Notes under the pieces: generated by a model
What the model saw: the letters and a program-made list of their open reading frames with translations, nothing else
What the model was told of the DNA's origin: nothing
Databases searched by the model: none
In this document: positions 40,259 through 49,952 of the stretch, in pieces
Layout of the letters: each line of letters begins with the position of its first letter
Numbering within the stretch: position 1 is the stretch's first letter
Assembly (NCBI GenBank): GCA_965230995.1
Contig: OZ246398.1
Span: 309,204 to 373,203 of the forward strand
Reading direction: 5' to 3'
Source: an uncultured Candidatus Saccharibacteria bacterium
GTDB lineage: Bacteria > Patescibacteriota > Minisyncoccia > Phycocordibacterales > G965230995
Length of the DNA: 64,000 nucleotides
Translations under genes and position numbers: made by a program

Positions 40259-42150
40259 AAGAATATCTCATTTATTTTATCTGTATATTAGTCGATTATT
40301 TTTCTCTAAAAAGAAAAAATGGTATTCCTGTTTTAATGTACCATTCCATAGGAGGAAAAAACATTAAAAAAGAGATAGTTCTGGACAAAGAAATATTTGA
40401 GCTTCAAATAAAAACTCTCTTTGATAAAGGATATAAAACCATTATGCCTGGGGATTTGTTTTGTTCACAAAAAAACGAAAAAAATATTATGATCACATTT
40501 GATGATGGTTATAAAGATAATATTGATATTGCCTTTCCTATACTAAAAAAATATGGATTTAAAGCTACTGTTTTTGTTGCGACAAGCAGTATCGGATCTC
40601 CTGGAAAAATGACAATTGATGATTTGAAGTTTCTTTCTAAAGAAGGTTGGGGGATTTCAAACCACACAGAAAATCATCAAAAATTGACCTTGATTTCAGA
40701 CAAAAAAGTAATTGAAGACGAATTCTGTGTAGCAAAGGATAAGATTATAAATATAACCGGGAAAGAAAAAGAGGCTTCTGTATTTGCGTATCCAAATAAC
40801 AGGTACAATGATGAAGTTGTTAAAATATTGAGTCAAGCTGGAGCCGTGATTTGTTTTGCTGGTGGAGAAGGTTTTTTACAATCTGTTGAAAAGCAAAGAT
40901 ATTTTATACCTAGAATTGATGTGTCAAAAAATATTTCATTAACAAAATTTAAGACATTACTTTGTCCGTCTTTCCATTTTTTGAGAAGGATATTCCATTC
41001 TTCTAAAATTATAAGTTTTTCTAAAAAACATCCATTATTTTTTGCTATATCTATTATTCTAATTGTTCGTATAGGTATATTTTTTCTAACATATTTTGGT
41101 TTTCCAGACTTAGGAGGCAACGAAAACGGTTATATTGTTAGATTAAACGGTGATGAATTAGACTATTTTAAATCAGCAAAAGCTCTGCTTGGTTTTAATT
41201 TTATTGCTAACTCTTTTCCTATTGGTTATGCAATATTTTTAGCTCCATTTGTTTGGATCTTTAATGCGGAATCATTGCCAGAGATATTAAAACCAGTGGT
41301 AATTATTCAATCAATCATTTTTTATTCAGCAGTAACACTGATTGTATATAATATTGCAAAAAAAATATTTCAAGAAAAGATAAGATCTATAATAGTTTCT
41401 GTAATATTTTTATTTTATCCATATCTTTTTTATTTTTTCTTTAATTTTTTTGCAGGAAATTCTGACACAATTTTGAACTTTAAAATAACCAGATTTTCTC
41501 AGTTGATGTTTTTTCCAGTGCTCTCTGACCCGCTTTCAATGTTACTAATGGTGTCTTCTTTGCTTTTAATGTTGAACATATACAACAAAAAAAGACCAAA
41601 GACTTCAGCATTGCTTGGTTTTATTTTGTCTTGGGCAGTTATTACAAGATTTCAGAATGCAATCATTGGTCCAGTCTTTGCTATTATCTTCCTTTTTAAA
41701 AAACAATATAAAAACTTTATTTATTATGCTGTCGCGTCAGTTCCTTTGTTATTGTTTCAATTATATGCTAATTTTGATGGTAGTGGATCGCCTTTTAAAA
41801 CAGCTTATGGTGGTCAGTGGGAACAAAGCTTGGGCGCTCCGGCGGTAAGTATAACCTACCCATTAAAAATAATTGAATACGCCTTAAATTATAGCCCTTT
41901 GCTGCTTCTGCCTGTTGTTTTAGGAATGATTTTAATGCTCATTGGTGCGTGGGGTGCTATAAAAAAAAGTGGGGGAAAGGGTGTTATTGTAGCAGTCTAT
42001 ACCTTTTCTATTTTGGGTTTTATTAGCCTTCTTGCCCCAACCTTTCTTAATCCTAGGTATTTCCTGCCGATAATTCCTCTAATAATCATTTTTACTTATT
42101 TAGGAATTGAAAAGATATATATATTAATAAAAGAAAAATATGAATCCTAA
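40255..42150 (+). CDS. polysaccharide deacetylase (NodB homology) fused to a multi-TM C-terminal domain
   Basis: MITFDDGYKDNIDIAFPILKKYGFKATVFV followed by ~10 hydrophobic helices. The start is set to the ATG overlapping the upstream stop (ATGA). Confidence 0.6.
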   Translation: MKEYLIYFICILVDYFSLKRKNGIPVLMYHSIGGKNIKKEIVLDKEIFELQIKTLFDKGYKTIMPGDLFCSQKNEKNIMITFDDGYKDNIDIAFPILKKYGFKATVFVATSSIGSPGKMTIDDLKFLSKEGWGISNHTENHQKLTLISDKKVIEDEFCVAKDKIINITGKEKEASVFAYPNNRYNDEVVKILSQAGAVICFAGGEGFLQSVEKQRYFIPRIDVSKNISLTKFKTLLCPSFHFLRRIFHSSKIISFSKKHPLFFAISIILIVRIGIFFLTYFGFPDLGGNENGYIVRLNGDELDYFKSAKALLGFNFIANSFPIGYAIFLAPFVWIFNAESLPEILKPVVIIQSIIFYSAVTLIVYNIAKKIFQEKIRSIIVSVIFLFYPYLFYFFFNFFAGNSDTILNFKITRFSQLMFFPVLSDPLSMLLMVSSLLLMLNIYNKKRPKTSALLGFILSWAVITRFQNAIIGPVFAIIFLFKKQYKNFIYYAVASVPLLLFQLYANFDGSGSPFKTAYGGQWEQSLGAPAVSITYPLKIIEYALNYSPLLLLPVVLGMILMLIGAWGAIKKSGGKGVIVAVYTFSILGFISLLAPTFLNPRYFLPIIPLIIIFTYLGIEKIYILIKEKYES

Positions 42151-43108
42151 AAAACTACTCATCATCATTCCTGCCTATAACGAGGAAGAAAAAATAGTAG
42201 AAACTATAAAAAATATTCCTAAACAGATAAAAGGTATTGATATTATACATACAACAGTAATTGATGATGGTTCAACTGACCGTACGGCTTCTGAAGTGAA
42301 GGAAAAAACAAATGCAGAAATAATTTCATTTGGTAAAAACAAAGGCCTAGGATTTGCTTTTAGGAGAGGACTCGATATAGCAATTGAAGGTTCCTTCGAC
42401 ATTATGGTAAATATTGATGCAGATGGACAATTTGATCCTGGTGATATATCTAAAATAATTGAACCAATTCTAGATAATAGAGCCGATTTTGTGACTGCTT
42501 CCAGGTTCAAAGATCCTAAAATGAGTCCAGCAGGAATTCCAAAAATAAAAAATTGGGGAAATAAAAGGGTTGCAGAGATTGTTAATAGGTTAACAAAAAA
42601 TAATTTTTCTGATGTATCCTGTGGTTTTCGTGCATATGGAAAAGAAGCAATACTCAGTCTAAATCTTTTTGGTGATTTTACATATACTCAGGAAACATTT
42701 CTCGATTTGTCATTTAAAAATTTGAGAATCGAAGAGGTTCCCGTCAATGTTTTGTATTTTAATAATAGGAAATCTAGGATTGTAAAGAATATTGGAAATT
42801 ATGCTTGGAATATATCAAAGATAATATTAAAAATTTACAGAGATTATAACCCACTACGTTTTTTTAGTGTCATTGGGCTTTATGTTTTTTTGCTAGGTGC
42901 CATCCTTGATATCGCTGTTCTGATACATTTCTTTTGGTTAGGTTCTTTTACTCCATACAAATCAGTCATATTAATAGGTGGTTTTCTAAATTTTGTTGGT
43001 TTTATTTTCTTTGTCTTTGCTTTTATGTCGGATATGTTATATAGAATGAGAATAAACCAGGAAAAAATATTATATTATGAAAAAAGAAGACTTTTTGAAA
43101 AAAAATAA
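42140..43108 (+). CDS. GT2 polyprenyl-phosphate glycosyltransferase (DPM1/GtrB-like) with C-terminal TM helices
   Basis: LLIIIPAYNEEEKIVETI...TTVIDDGSTDRTA, a DxD-type GT-A fold, plus two C-terminal TM helices. Confidence 0.75.
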   Translation: MNPKKLLIIIPAYNEEEKIVETIKNIPKQIKGIDIIHTTVIDDGSTDRTASEVKEKTNAEIISFGKNKGLGFAFRRGLDIAIEGSFDIMVNIDADGQFDPGDISKIIEPILDNRADFVTASRFKDPKMSPAGIPKIKNWGNKRVAEIVNRLTKNNFSDVSCGFRAYGKEAILSLNLFGDFTYTQETFLDLSFKNLRIEEVPVNVLYFNNRKSRIVKNIGNYAWNISKIILKIYRDYNPLRFFSVIGLYVFLLGAILDIAVLIHFFWLGSFTPYKSVILIGGFLNFVGFIFFVFAFMSDMLYRMRINQEKILYYEKRRLFEKK

Positions 43109-43697
43109 TAGCGGTGAATTTAGTAGGAAATATACTGAGACTAATTTTATCACAAGGAAACTCATAGAAAACTTTTATCTTGCAATAAAAAATATTGCAC
43201 CAAAGGATGATGTAAAAAAAGTCCTCGAGGTCGGATGTGGTCACGGTTTTTCAACAAAATATATTAGAGAAATATTTAGAGGGGCAACAGTTGAGGCTTC
43301 TGATTATCAGGATTATCTAATAGAGGACGCTAAAATAAACAATCCAGATATAAATATCTCAAAGGAATCTATTTATGAACTAAATAGGTTAAAAGACAGT
43401 TTTAATCTCGTGTTGTCACTTGAGGTAATGGAACACTTGGAAGATCCTGAAAGGGCGCTTGAAGAGATAGAGAGAGTAACAAATAATTATTGTATTTTAA
43501 GTGTCCCAAATGAACCATTATGGAGATTTTTAAATGTCCTCAGGGGTAAATATTTAAAAAATTTTGGCAATACGGAAGGTCATATTAATCATTGGTCAAA
43601 AAAATCTTTCATTAAATTTGTAGAAAAACATTTTGATGTTGTAGATGTGAAGACGCCACTACCGTGGATTGTAATTTTGGCTAAAAAAAGAAAATGA
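43077..43697 (+). CDS. class I SAM-dependent methyltransferase
   Basis: VLEVGCGHGFSTKYI... and LSLEVMEHLEDP. Confidence 0.65.
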   Translation: MKKEDFLKKNNSGEFSRKYTETNFITRKLIENFYLAIKNIAPKDDVKKVLEVGCGHGFSTKYIREIFRGATVEASDYQDYLIEDAKINNPDINISKESIYELNRLKDSFNLVLSLEVMEHLEDPERALEEIERVTNNYCILSVPNEPLWRFLNVLRGKYLKNFGNTEGHINHWSKKSFIKFVEKHFDVVDVKTPLPWIVILAKKRK

Positions 43698-44068
43698 TAA
43701 AACAGATGGTTAGATATGGTGCTGTTACGGTTGCCAGTTATATAATACTAATGTCTGGTACATTTTTTCTCGTAGAGTTTTTAAAAATGTCTTCGACATT
43801 GTCCTTCTTTCTCGTTACAACAGTTGTTTACATTGGGGTGTATTTTTCTAATGTTAAATTTGTATTTAATAAAGCTTCAAATAAAGAAACAATTATAAAA
43901 TTTATTTTGTACCTCGCTGTGTTTTGGGGGCTAAGCAATTTATTTTACAGCTTTCTTGTCCATACTCTAAAAATTTACTATATATACGCAATGCTATGTA
44001 ATGTAATCATTTTGGGACTAGTAAGATTTTTTGTGCAGAGAAAATTAGTTTTCAATAAAGACATATGA
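43694..44068 (+). CDS. GtrA-family small membrane protein
   Basis: About 124 aa with 4 TM helices, MIKQMVRYGAVTVASYIIL...; adjacent to the GT2 gene, as in GtrA/GtrB pairs. Confidence 0.6.
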   Translation: MIKQMVRYGAVTVASYIILMSGTFFLVEFLKMSSTLSFFLVTTVVYIGVYFSNVKFVFNKASNKETIIKFILYLAVFWGLSNLFYSFLVHTLKIYYIYAMLCNVIILGLVRFFVQRKLVFNKDI

Positions 44069-45126
44069 AAGTCTGTTACTTTGGGGATTTTGATCCAGAA
44101 TATTCAAGGAATAAAGTCATAATTAAAGGACTTCAAGAAAATGGGATAGAAGTAATATTTTGTAATACACAAGGAAAAAATATTCTTAAAAAGATTTTTG
44201 ATTTATGGAAAAAAAGTAGGAAAGAAAGACAAAAATGCGATATTACTTTTGTTGGATACTCAGATTCAAGATTTTTGGTTCTGCTTGCAAAGATGCTCGG
44301 TCATAAAAATGTTGTTTGGGATGCATTCTATTCTCTATATGATTCATGGGTATTTGATAAAAAAATTGTTGGAAAATATGCACTGAAAGCCTTTTTTTAC
44401 TGGTTTCTTGATTGGTTTAATTGTATTTTATCAAAAAAAATTCTATTAGATACAAGCGAGCATATAAGATATTTTTCAGAAACTTTTCATATAAGTAAAA
44501 ACAAATTCGTGAGAGTTTTTGTTGGTTCAATAGCAAATACAACATTGAATGATAAAAAAAATGATCAGACAAATATTTTTCGAGTGTTTTTTTATGGAAA
44601 GTTTATACCTCTCCAGGGAGTTGAATATATAATTAAATCAGCACATATTTTAGAGAACCAACCCGACATTCATTTTCAAATATTGGGATCGGGACAAACA
44701 TATGAAGAGAATATAGAGCTTGCTCGAAGTCTTGGAGTAAAGAATATTGAATTTATACCAAAGGTTAATTATAAAGAATTGCTCGTGTATATAAGTAAAG
44801 CCGATATTTGTCTTGGAATATTTGGTAATACAGAAAAAACAAAAAGAGTCATACCAAACAAAGTATACGACGCAATGGCAATGGAAAAACCAGTTATAAC
44901 TGCAGATACAAAAGCCATAAGAGAGCTTTTTACTGACGGTAAAGACATATCTCTCTGCAATATTGCAGATGCAAATGATATTGCCCTAAAGATTCTTGAA
45001 TTGAAAAAAGATAAAGAAAAAATGTTTAGAATAGCAAAAAATGGACATATTTTATTTATAGAAGAACTTTCTCCTAAAAAGTTGGTAGAAAATATGCTTT
45101 TAGAAATTGGTGATATTATTGTTTAG
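44065..45126 (+). CDS. glycosyltransferase (GT-B)
   Basis: Size, position in the locus and a Rossmann-like C-terminal half; weak motif support. Confidence 0.5.
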   Translation: MKVCYFGDFDPEYSRNKVIIKGLQENGIEVIFCNTQGKNILKKIFDLWKKSRKERQKCDITFVGYSDSRFLVLLAKMLGHKNVVWDAFYSLYDSWVFDKKIVGKYALKAFFYWFLDWFNCILSKKILLDTSEHIRYFSETFHISKNKFVRVFVGSIANTTLNDKKNDQTNIFRVFFYGKFIPLQGVEYIIKSAHILENQPDIHFQILGSGQTYEENIELARSLGVKNIEFIPKVNYKELLVYISKADICLGIFGNTEKTKRVIPNKVYDAMAMEKPVITADTKAIRELFTDGKDISLCNIADANDIALKILELKKDKEKMFRIAKNGHILFIEELSPKKLVENMLLEIGDIIV

Positions 45127-45129
45127 TGT

Positions 45130-46167
45130 ATGAAATCTTATAAAAATTCCAAAAAAGTAATTTTTCTTGCTCCACATCTTAAATTATCCGGTGGAGTAAG
45201 TATCTTGGTCCAATATGCAGAAGAACTGACCGTTTTAGGTTATGAAGTCTATGTTGTTGTCGTAAATAAAAATTCTTTCCGTAGAAAATTAGCGAACCTC
45301 TTAAATTACAAGCCGAGCTGGATGAGAAACAAAAAGATTAAAATAATAAGAATATCTTCTGTTGATGATATAAAAAAAATTGGAGGGGATCAGTATTCTT
45401 TGGTGGTATCTGATTCTGCGCAGGCAAAAATTATTTCGAAAATGGCTAGTGAAGTGGTCTATTTTGTCCAACATGACGAAAGACTTTATCATAATAATAT
45501 TGTAGATGTTGCGTTTACATATAATCAGCCTTTTAAATATGTTGTAGTAGCGAATTGGTTGGGTAAAATGTTAAAAAAAGAATTTAATAGGGAATCACTG
45601 CTTTTACTTAACCCAATCGATAGAAGTGTTTTTTACCACAGAGATATCAAACGAAAGGATGAGGATATCAGAATATTGCTTTTACACCATGATTTTGTAT
45701 GGAAGGGTTCAAAAGAAGGGGTACAGATTATTAAAGAATTAAAGAAAAAATACCCTCAAATAAAACTTATAATGTTTGGTGTTCGAAGCAAAATAGATAC
45801 TTTTGGTTGTGATGAATATTATTATGGACCAACAGGTGATAAATTAGCGGAGATCTATTCTAAGTCAGACATATACCTATGCCCATCTTGGGATGAAGGC
45901 TTTGGTCTTACAAGTCTCGAAGCTATGTCATGTGGGTGTGCTGTTGTTACATATAACAACGGAGGTTCTCGTGACTTTGCTTTTGATAATAAAACCGCTT
46001 TGGTCGCAGAAAGAAAAAATATTGTTGAATTGAAAAGCAAACTGGAAAAACTGGTTACTGACAATAAATTAAGAAAAGAAATATCGCTTAACGGAATTAA
46101 TTTTTGTAAAAGTCTCCCAACAATCAAGGAGCAAGCTAAAAAATTAGAAGATTTTATATTTAGTTAA
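45130..46167 (+). CDS. glycosyltransferase family 4
   Basis: EGFGLTSLEAMSCGCAVVTYNNGGSRDF. Confidence 0.75.
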   Translation: MKSYKNSKKVIFLAPHLKLSGGVSILVQYAEELTVLGYEVYVVVVNKNSFRRKLANLLNYKPSWMRNKKIKIIRISSVDDIKKIGGDQYSLVVSDSAQAKIISKMASEVVYFVQHDERLYHNNIVDVAFTYNQPFKYVVVANWLGKMLKKEFNRESLLLLNPIDRSVFYHRDIKRKDEDIRILLLHHDFVWKGSKEGVQIIKELKKKYPQIKLIMFGVRSKIDTFGCDEYYYGPTGDKLAEIYSKSDIYLCPSWDEGFGLTSLEAMSCGCAVVTYNNGGSRDFAFDNKTALVAERKNIVELKSKLEKLVTDNKLRKEISLNGINFCKSLPTIKEQAKKLEDFIFS

Positions 46168-46303
46168 TATTAGTCTGACAATGTTCATAATAGAATATGA
46201 AATTTTTTTACAATAAAAGTCTGATATTGTCTATTTTTGTTGATTTTAGGTAAAATTTGATCTTATCTAGAAAAGATCTTGGATAATGATATAATCCCTT
46301 TGT

Positions 46304-48133
46304 ATGAATATTTTGGGAATATCATGTTTTTACCACGACAGCGCAGCATGTCTTGTTAGCGATGGAAAGATTGTATCGGCAGCGCAAGAAGAGAGGTTTA
46401 CACGAAAAAAACACGATCAGGATTTTCCCAAAAAATCTATAGAATTTTGTTTAAAAGAGGCGGGAATTAGTATGAAAGATGTTAACTATATTGTATTTTA
46501 TGATAAACCTTTTCTAAAGTTTGAGAGAATACTTGAAACTCATCTGCGAACTGTGCCGAGAGGTTTGCTCCTGTTTGTCAAAAGTATTCAGGTTTGGATT
46601 AAAAAAAAGTTATGGATTCCGATTGTGATTGCAAAAGAGACTGGCTATACAGGAAAAATATTATTTACAGAACATCACATATCACATGCGGCCTCTGCTT
46701 TTTTTCCTTCGCCGTTTCAGGATGCCGCGTTTCTTGTTGCTGATGGTGTTGGAGAATGGGCAACTACATCTTTTGGTGTTGGTTCAAATAATAAAATAGA
46801 AATAATTTCTGAAATACTTTTTCCTCACTCTATAGGTCTGCTTTATTCTGCTTTTACCTACTATTTGGGCTTTAAAGTTAATTCTGGTGAATATAAAGTT
46901 ATGGGGCTTGCACCATACGGTAATCCAATTTATGTCGATAAAATTTACAAGAATCTTATTGATGTAAAGGATGACGGATCATTTTCTTTGAATATGAAAT
47001 ACTTTGACTACACACACGGTCTCACAATGACAAACAAGAATTTTAATAAACTTTTTGGTGGAGAGCCGAGAAAACCAGAGACAAAAATATCCCAAAAAGA
47101 AATGGATATTGCCAGATCTCTCCAAGAAGTAACCGAAGAAATAATGCTAAAGATTTCTCGCCATATATACAAAAAAACTGGAAAGAAAAATTTGTGTCTA
47201 GCCGGAGGTGTTGCTTTAAATTGTGTTGCAAACGGTCGTATTCTAAGAGAGGGTCCGTTTGATAATATTTGGATACAGCCCGCCTCTGGCGATGCGGGAG
47301 GGGCACTAGGGGCGTCTTTGTATGTCTGGTATCAATATTTAAATAACCCACGCCATGCAGATGGGGTAAATGACACCCAAAAAGGTTCGTTTCTTGGCCC
47401 AGAATACAGCGATATGGATATTCTAAAGAGCCTAGAATCTTTTGGTGGTGTTTCGGATTTAATTAAAGACGAAGATTTGCTATGCCAAAAAACTGCTCAC
47501 TTAATTGAAAAGGGTAATGTTGTCGGCTGGTTCCAAGGGAAAATGGAATTTGGGCCGAGGGCTCTCGGAAGTCGTTCAATTTTGGGTGATCCGCGTTCTT
47601 CGGAAATGCAGACAAAAATGAATTTGAAAATAAAATTTAGAGAAAGCTTTAGACCTTTTGCGCCATCAGTACTGGAAGAAGAAGCTTCAAAATATTTTGA
47701 AATAGATCCTAAACACAATTCACCATTTATGCTTGTTACGGCGAATGTCTTAAAGGAAAAAAGAATGCCTATCAAGAAAGAAGACGAAGAAAGATTATCT
47801 GGTTTCAAAAAATTAGAACTTATTAGATCTATAATTCCAGCAGTCACTCATGTTGATTATTCAGCGAGGCTTCAAACTGTTTCAGAAAAGACTAATTATA
47901 GGTATCATAAATTAATTAAAAGTTTTTATCATCTAACAGGTTGTCCTCTTGTAATAAATACATCATTTAATGTAAGGGGGGAGCCTATAGTCTGTACGCC
48001 TGAAGATGCTTTTAAGTGTTTTATGAGAACTGATATGGACTATCTTGTTATTGGTAATTATATTTTAGACAAGAAGAAACAAAAGGAATTTAATGATAAG
48101 GTTGATTGGAAAAAAGAATATGAATTGGATTAA
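46304..48133 (+). CDS. carbamoyltransferase (NodU/CmcH family)
   Basis: N-terminal MNILGISCFYHDSAACLV...AAQEERFTRKKHD and central ...GGVALNCVANGRIL.... Confidence 0.85.
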   Translation: MNILGISCFYHDSAACLVSDGKIVSAAQEERFTRKKHDQDFPKKSIEFCLKEAGISMKDVNYIVFYDKPFLKFERILETHLRTVPRGLLLFVKSIQVWIKKKLWIPIVIAKETGYTGKILFTEHHISHAASAFFPSPFQDAAFLVADGVGEWATTSFGVGSNNKIEIISEILFPHSIGLLYSAFTYYLGFKVNSGEYKVMGLAPYGNPIYVDKIYKNLIDVKDDGSFSLNMKYFDYTHGLTMTNKNFNKLFGGEPRKPETKISQKEMDIARSLQEVTEEIMLKISRHIYKKTGKKNLCLAGGVALNCVANGRILREGPFDNIWIQPASGDAGGALGASLYVWYQYLNNPRHADGVNDTQKGSFLGPEYSDMDILKSLESFGGVSDLIKDEDLLCQKTAHLIEKGNVVGWFQGKMEFGPRALGSRSILGDPRSSEMQTKMNLKIKFRESFRPFAPSVLEEEASKYFEIDPKHNSPFMLVTANVLKEKRMPIKKEDEERLSGFKKLELIRSIIPAVTHVDYSARLQTVSEKTNYRYHKLIKSFYHLTGCPLVINTSFNVRGEPIVCTPEDAFKCFMRTDMDYLVIGNYILDKKKQKEFNDKVDWKKEYELD

Positions 48134-48545
48134 AGAAATATCAGATAATATAAAGGAAATTAAATACAAAAAAAGTGAAGTCAGGAATTTTACTTTTCTT
48201 TTTTGTGGCTTCTTTGTCGCGATAATTTCTTATGTGTATTTTTTAAAAGATTTATTTTTGTACCCACTTGCTATATTGCTAGTTATTTTTGTGGTTGGTG
48301 CTATTTTTCCAAAACTCTTGTTCCCAGTTTATTTTGTTTGGATATCTTTTTCTGTTGTACTCGGATATTTTGTGTCAAAAATAGTACTTTCTTTGCTGTT
48401 CTTTTTGCTCGTAGTTCCGATCGGGATAATTATGCGTATTGTAAAAGGTGATTGGTTAAATTTTTCACCTGATAAAAACAAGGAAAGTTATTGGAATAAA
48501 CACGAGAGTGATACCGACAAAGATTCTTTGGAAAAATTGTCGTAA
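48093..48545 (+). CDS. small multi-TM protein (SxtJ-like companion of carbamoyltransferases); start likely at 48120
   Basis: Three to four TM helices. It overlaps the end of the carbamoyltransferase gene. Confidence 0.4.
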   Translation: MIRLIGKKNMNWIKEISDNIKEIKYKKSEVRNFTFLFCGFFVAIISYVYFLKDLFLYPLAILLVIFVVGAIFPKLLFPVYFVWISFSVVLGYFVSKIVLSLLFFLLVVPIGIIMRIVKGDWLNFSPDKNKESYWNKHESDTDKDSLEKLS

Positions 48546-48566
48546 AGACGTATTATAATTATATAT

Positions 48567-48725
48567 ATGAATAAATTTAAAATAGTACTGGATTTCTTAA
48601 AATTTTTAAAAGGTAGAAAAAAATATTGGTTATTACCAATGGTTATTGTCTTTTTACTTCTAGGAATACTTTTGATAGCCGTAGAAGGAAGTGCTGTTGC
48701 GCCATTTATATACACTCTATTTTAG
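48567..48725 (+). CDS. 52 aa single-TM protein (DUF5989-like companion)
   Basis: MNKFKIVLDFLKFLKGRKKYWLLPMVIVFLLLGILLIAVEGSAVAPFIYTLF. It falls below the ORF-track length cut-off. From memory this small family co-occurs with NodU-type carbamoyltransferases. Confidence 0.4.
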   Translation: MNKFKIVLDFLKFLKGRKKYWLLPMVIVFLLLGILLIAVEGSAVAPFIYTLF

Positions 48726-48758
48726 TTTGAACAATTAGGTATTAGCATTATATAACCA

Positions 48759-49937
48759 ATGGAAAAAATTAAAAAAAATGTTGGGAATATCATTTTGCTA
48801 ATAGTAAGTGTCTTTATAGCTATCCTCGTTTCAGAAATTTCTCTTAGAATAATTTTACCAAAAATTGAAAATGAAAAATTTTCAATAGGTGAGGGCGATA
48901 AAGTACTGATTCCTGATAATATTATTAGTCACAGACTTCGTCCGACACCACAATTTGGTATTGATGAAAATGGTTTTAAGAATAAAGAAGTTTTAACAAC
49001 ATACGATATTGTCGCTCTTGGTGATTCTCATACATATGGAGAATTTGATGGTGTGTCCTGGACTGATTATCTAAAAGAAAAGACCGATAAAAATATTTAT
49101 AATATAGGTGTCTGGGGTTATGGTACTGCCCAATATCGTTACCTTATCGACAAGGCCTTAGAATTTAAACCAAAAGTTATTGTTATTGGTTTTTATATGG
49201 GTAATGATGTTTATGACACGTACGACATTGTTTATAGATTTGATAAATGGAATTCTTATCGAAAAGAAGACGTCGATTCAAAACCTGTTGTTACTACAGC
49301 AGAACACGGTAGACAAGATGTTTTATTTTCATCTTTAAGACTTTTTATAAGAGATAAAATCGTACTCTATAAATTTTTAAGTGACAGAACTAGAATTATT
49401 AGAGAAAAATTAGGCTTGGCAAAACCATATTATATTGGCACCACAGATTGGACAAACACTGATTCTGGTTCAAGTCTTATATATGATGATATAGATGAAA
49501 TAAAAACTTTTTTTAGAAACGGGGAGAGAATACGAGGAGTTGATTTAAATGATCAAAACACAAAAGAAGGCTTGAGACTTACAGAGTTATTTTTATCCGA
49601 GATAAATAAAAAGGTTGTAGATTCGGGTAGTAAATTGTTAGTTGTTTTTATTCCAACAAAACAATCTGTTTATAAGGAGAAGGTTGGAGAAAAAGGTCAA
49701 AACAATGCTATATTTCAAGCAATTGTAGAAAATGAAAATATAATAAAGAAAGAAATTGAAAATTCAGCAAAAGAAAATGGTTTTAAGACGCTCGATATAT
49801 TAGATTATATGCAAGAATCTTTGGAAAAAAATATTCGCCTATATCCTGACAGTATAGATGATCACCCAAATAGTGTTGGCTATATTAAATATGCAGAAGC
49901 AATGCTACCGTCTATATTTGATTTGTTTAAAAAATAG
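48759..49937 (+). CDS. N-terminally anchored SGNH/GDSL-type hydrolase-like protein (possible polysaccharide O-acetyl esterase/transferase)
   Basis: An N-terminal TM helix and a block-I-like VALGDSHTYGE motif. Confidence 0.45.
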   Translation: MEKIKKNVGNIILLIVSVFIAILVSEISLRIILPKIENEKFSIGEGDKVLIPDNIISHRLRPTPQFGIDENGFKNKEVLTTYDIVALGDSHTYGEFDGVSWTDYLKEKTDKNIYNIGVWGYGTAQYRYLIDKALEFKPKVIVIGFYMGNDVYDTYDIVYRFDKWNSYRKEDVDSKPVVTTAEHGRQDVLFSSLRLFIRDKIVLYKFLSDRTRIIREKLGLAKPYYIGTTDWTNTDSGSSLIYDDIDEIKTFFRNGERIRGVDLNDQNTKEGLRLTELFLSEINKKVVDSGSKLLVVFIPTKQSVYKEKVGEKGQNNAIFQAIVENENIIKKEIENSAKENGFKTLDILDYMQESLEKNIRLYPDSIDDHPNSVGYIKYAEAMLPSIFDLFKK

Positions 49938-49952
49938 TATCAATATAAATAT

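Noticed and set aside
36743-49937. Many 60-120 aa antisense ORFs within the glycosyltransferase genes (e.g. 37203..37421, 38010..38270, 47043..47351)
   Set aside because: They are AT-rich antisense frames nested in well-supported sense genes, and no motif support was found.
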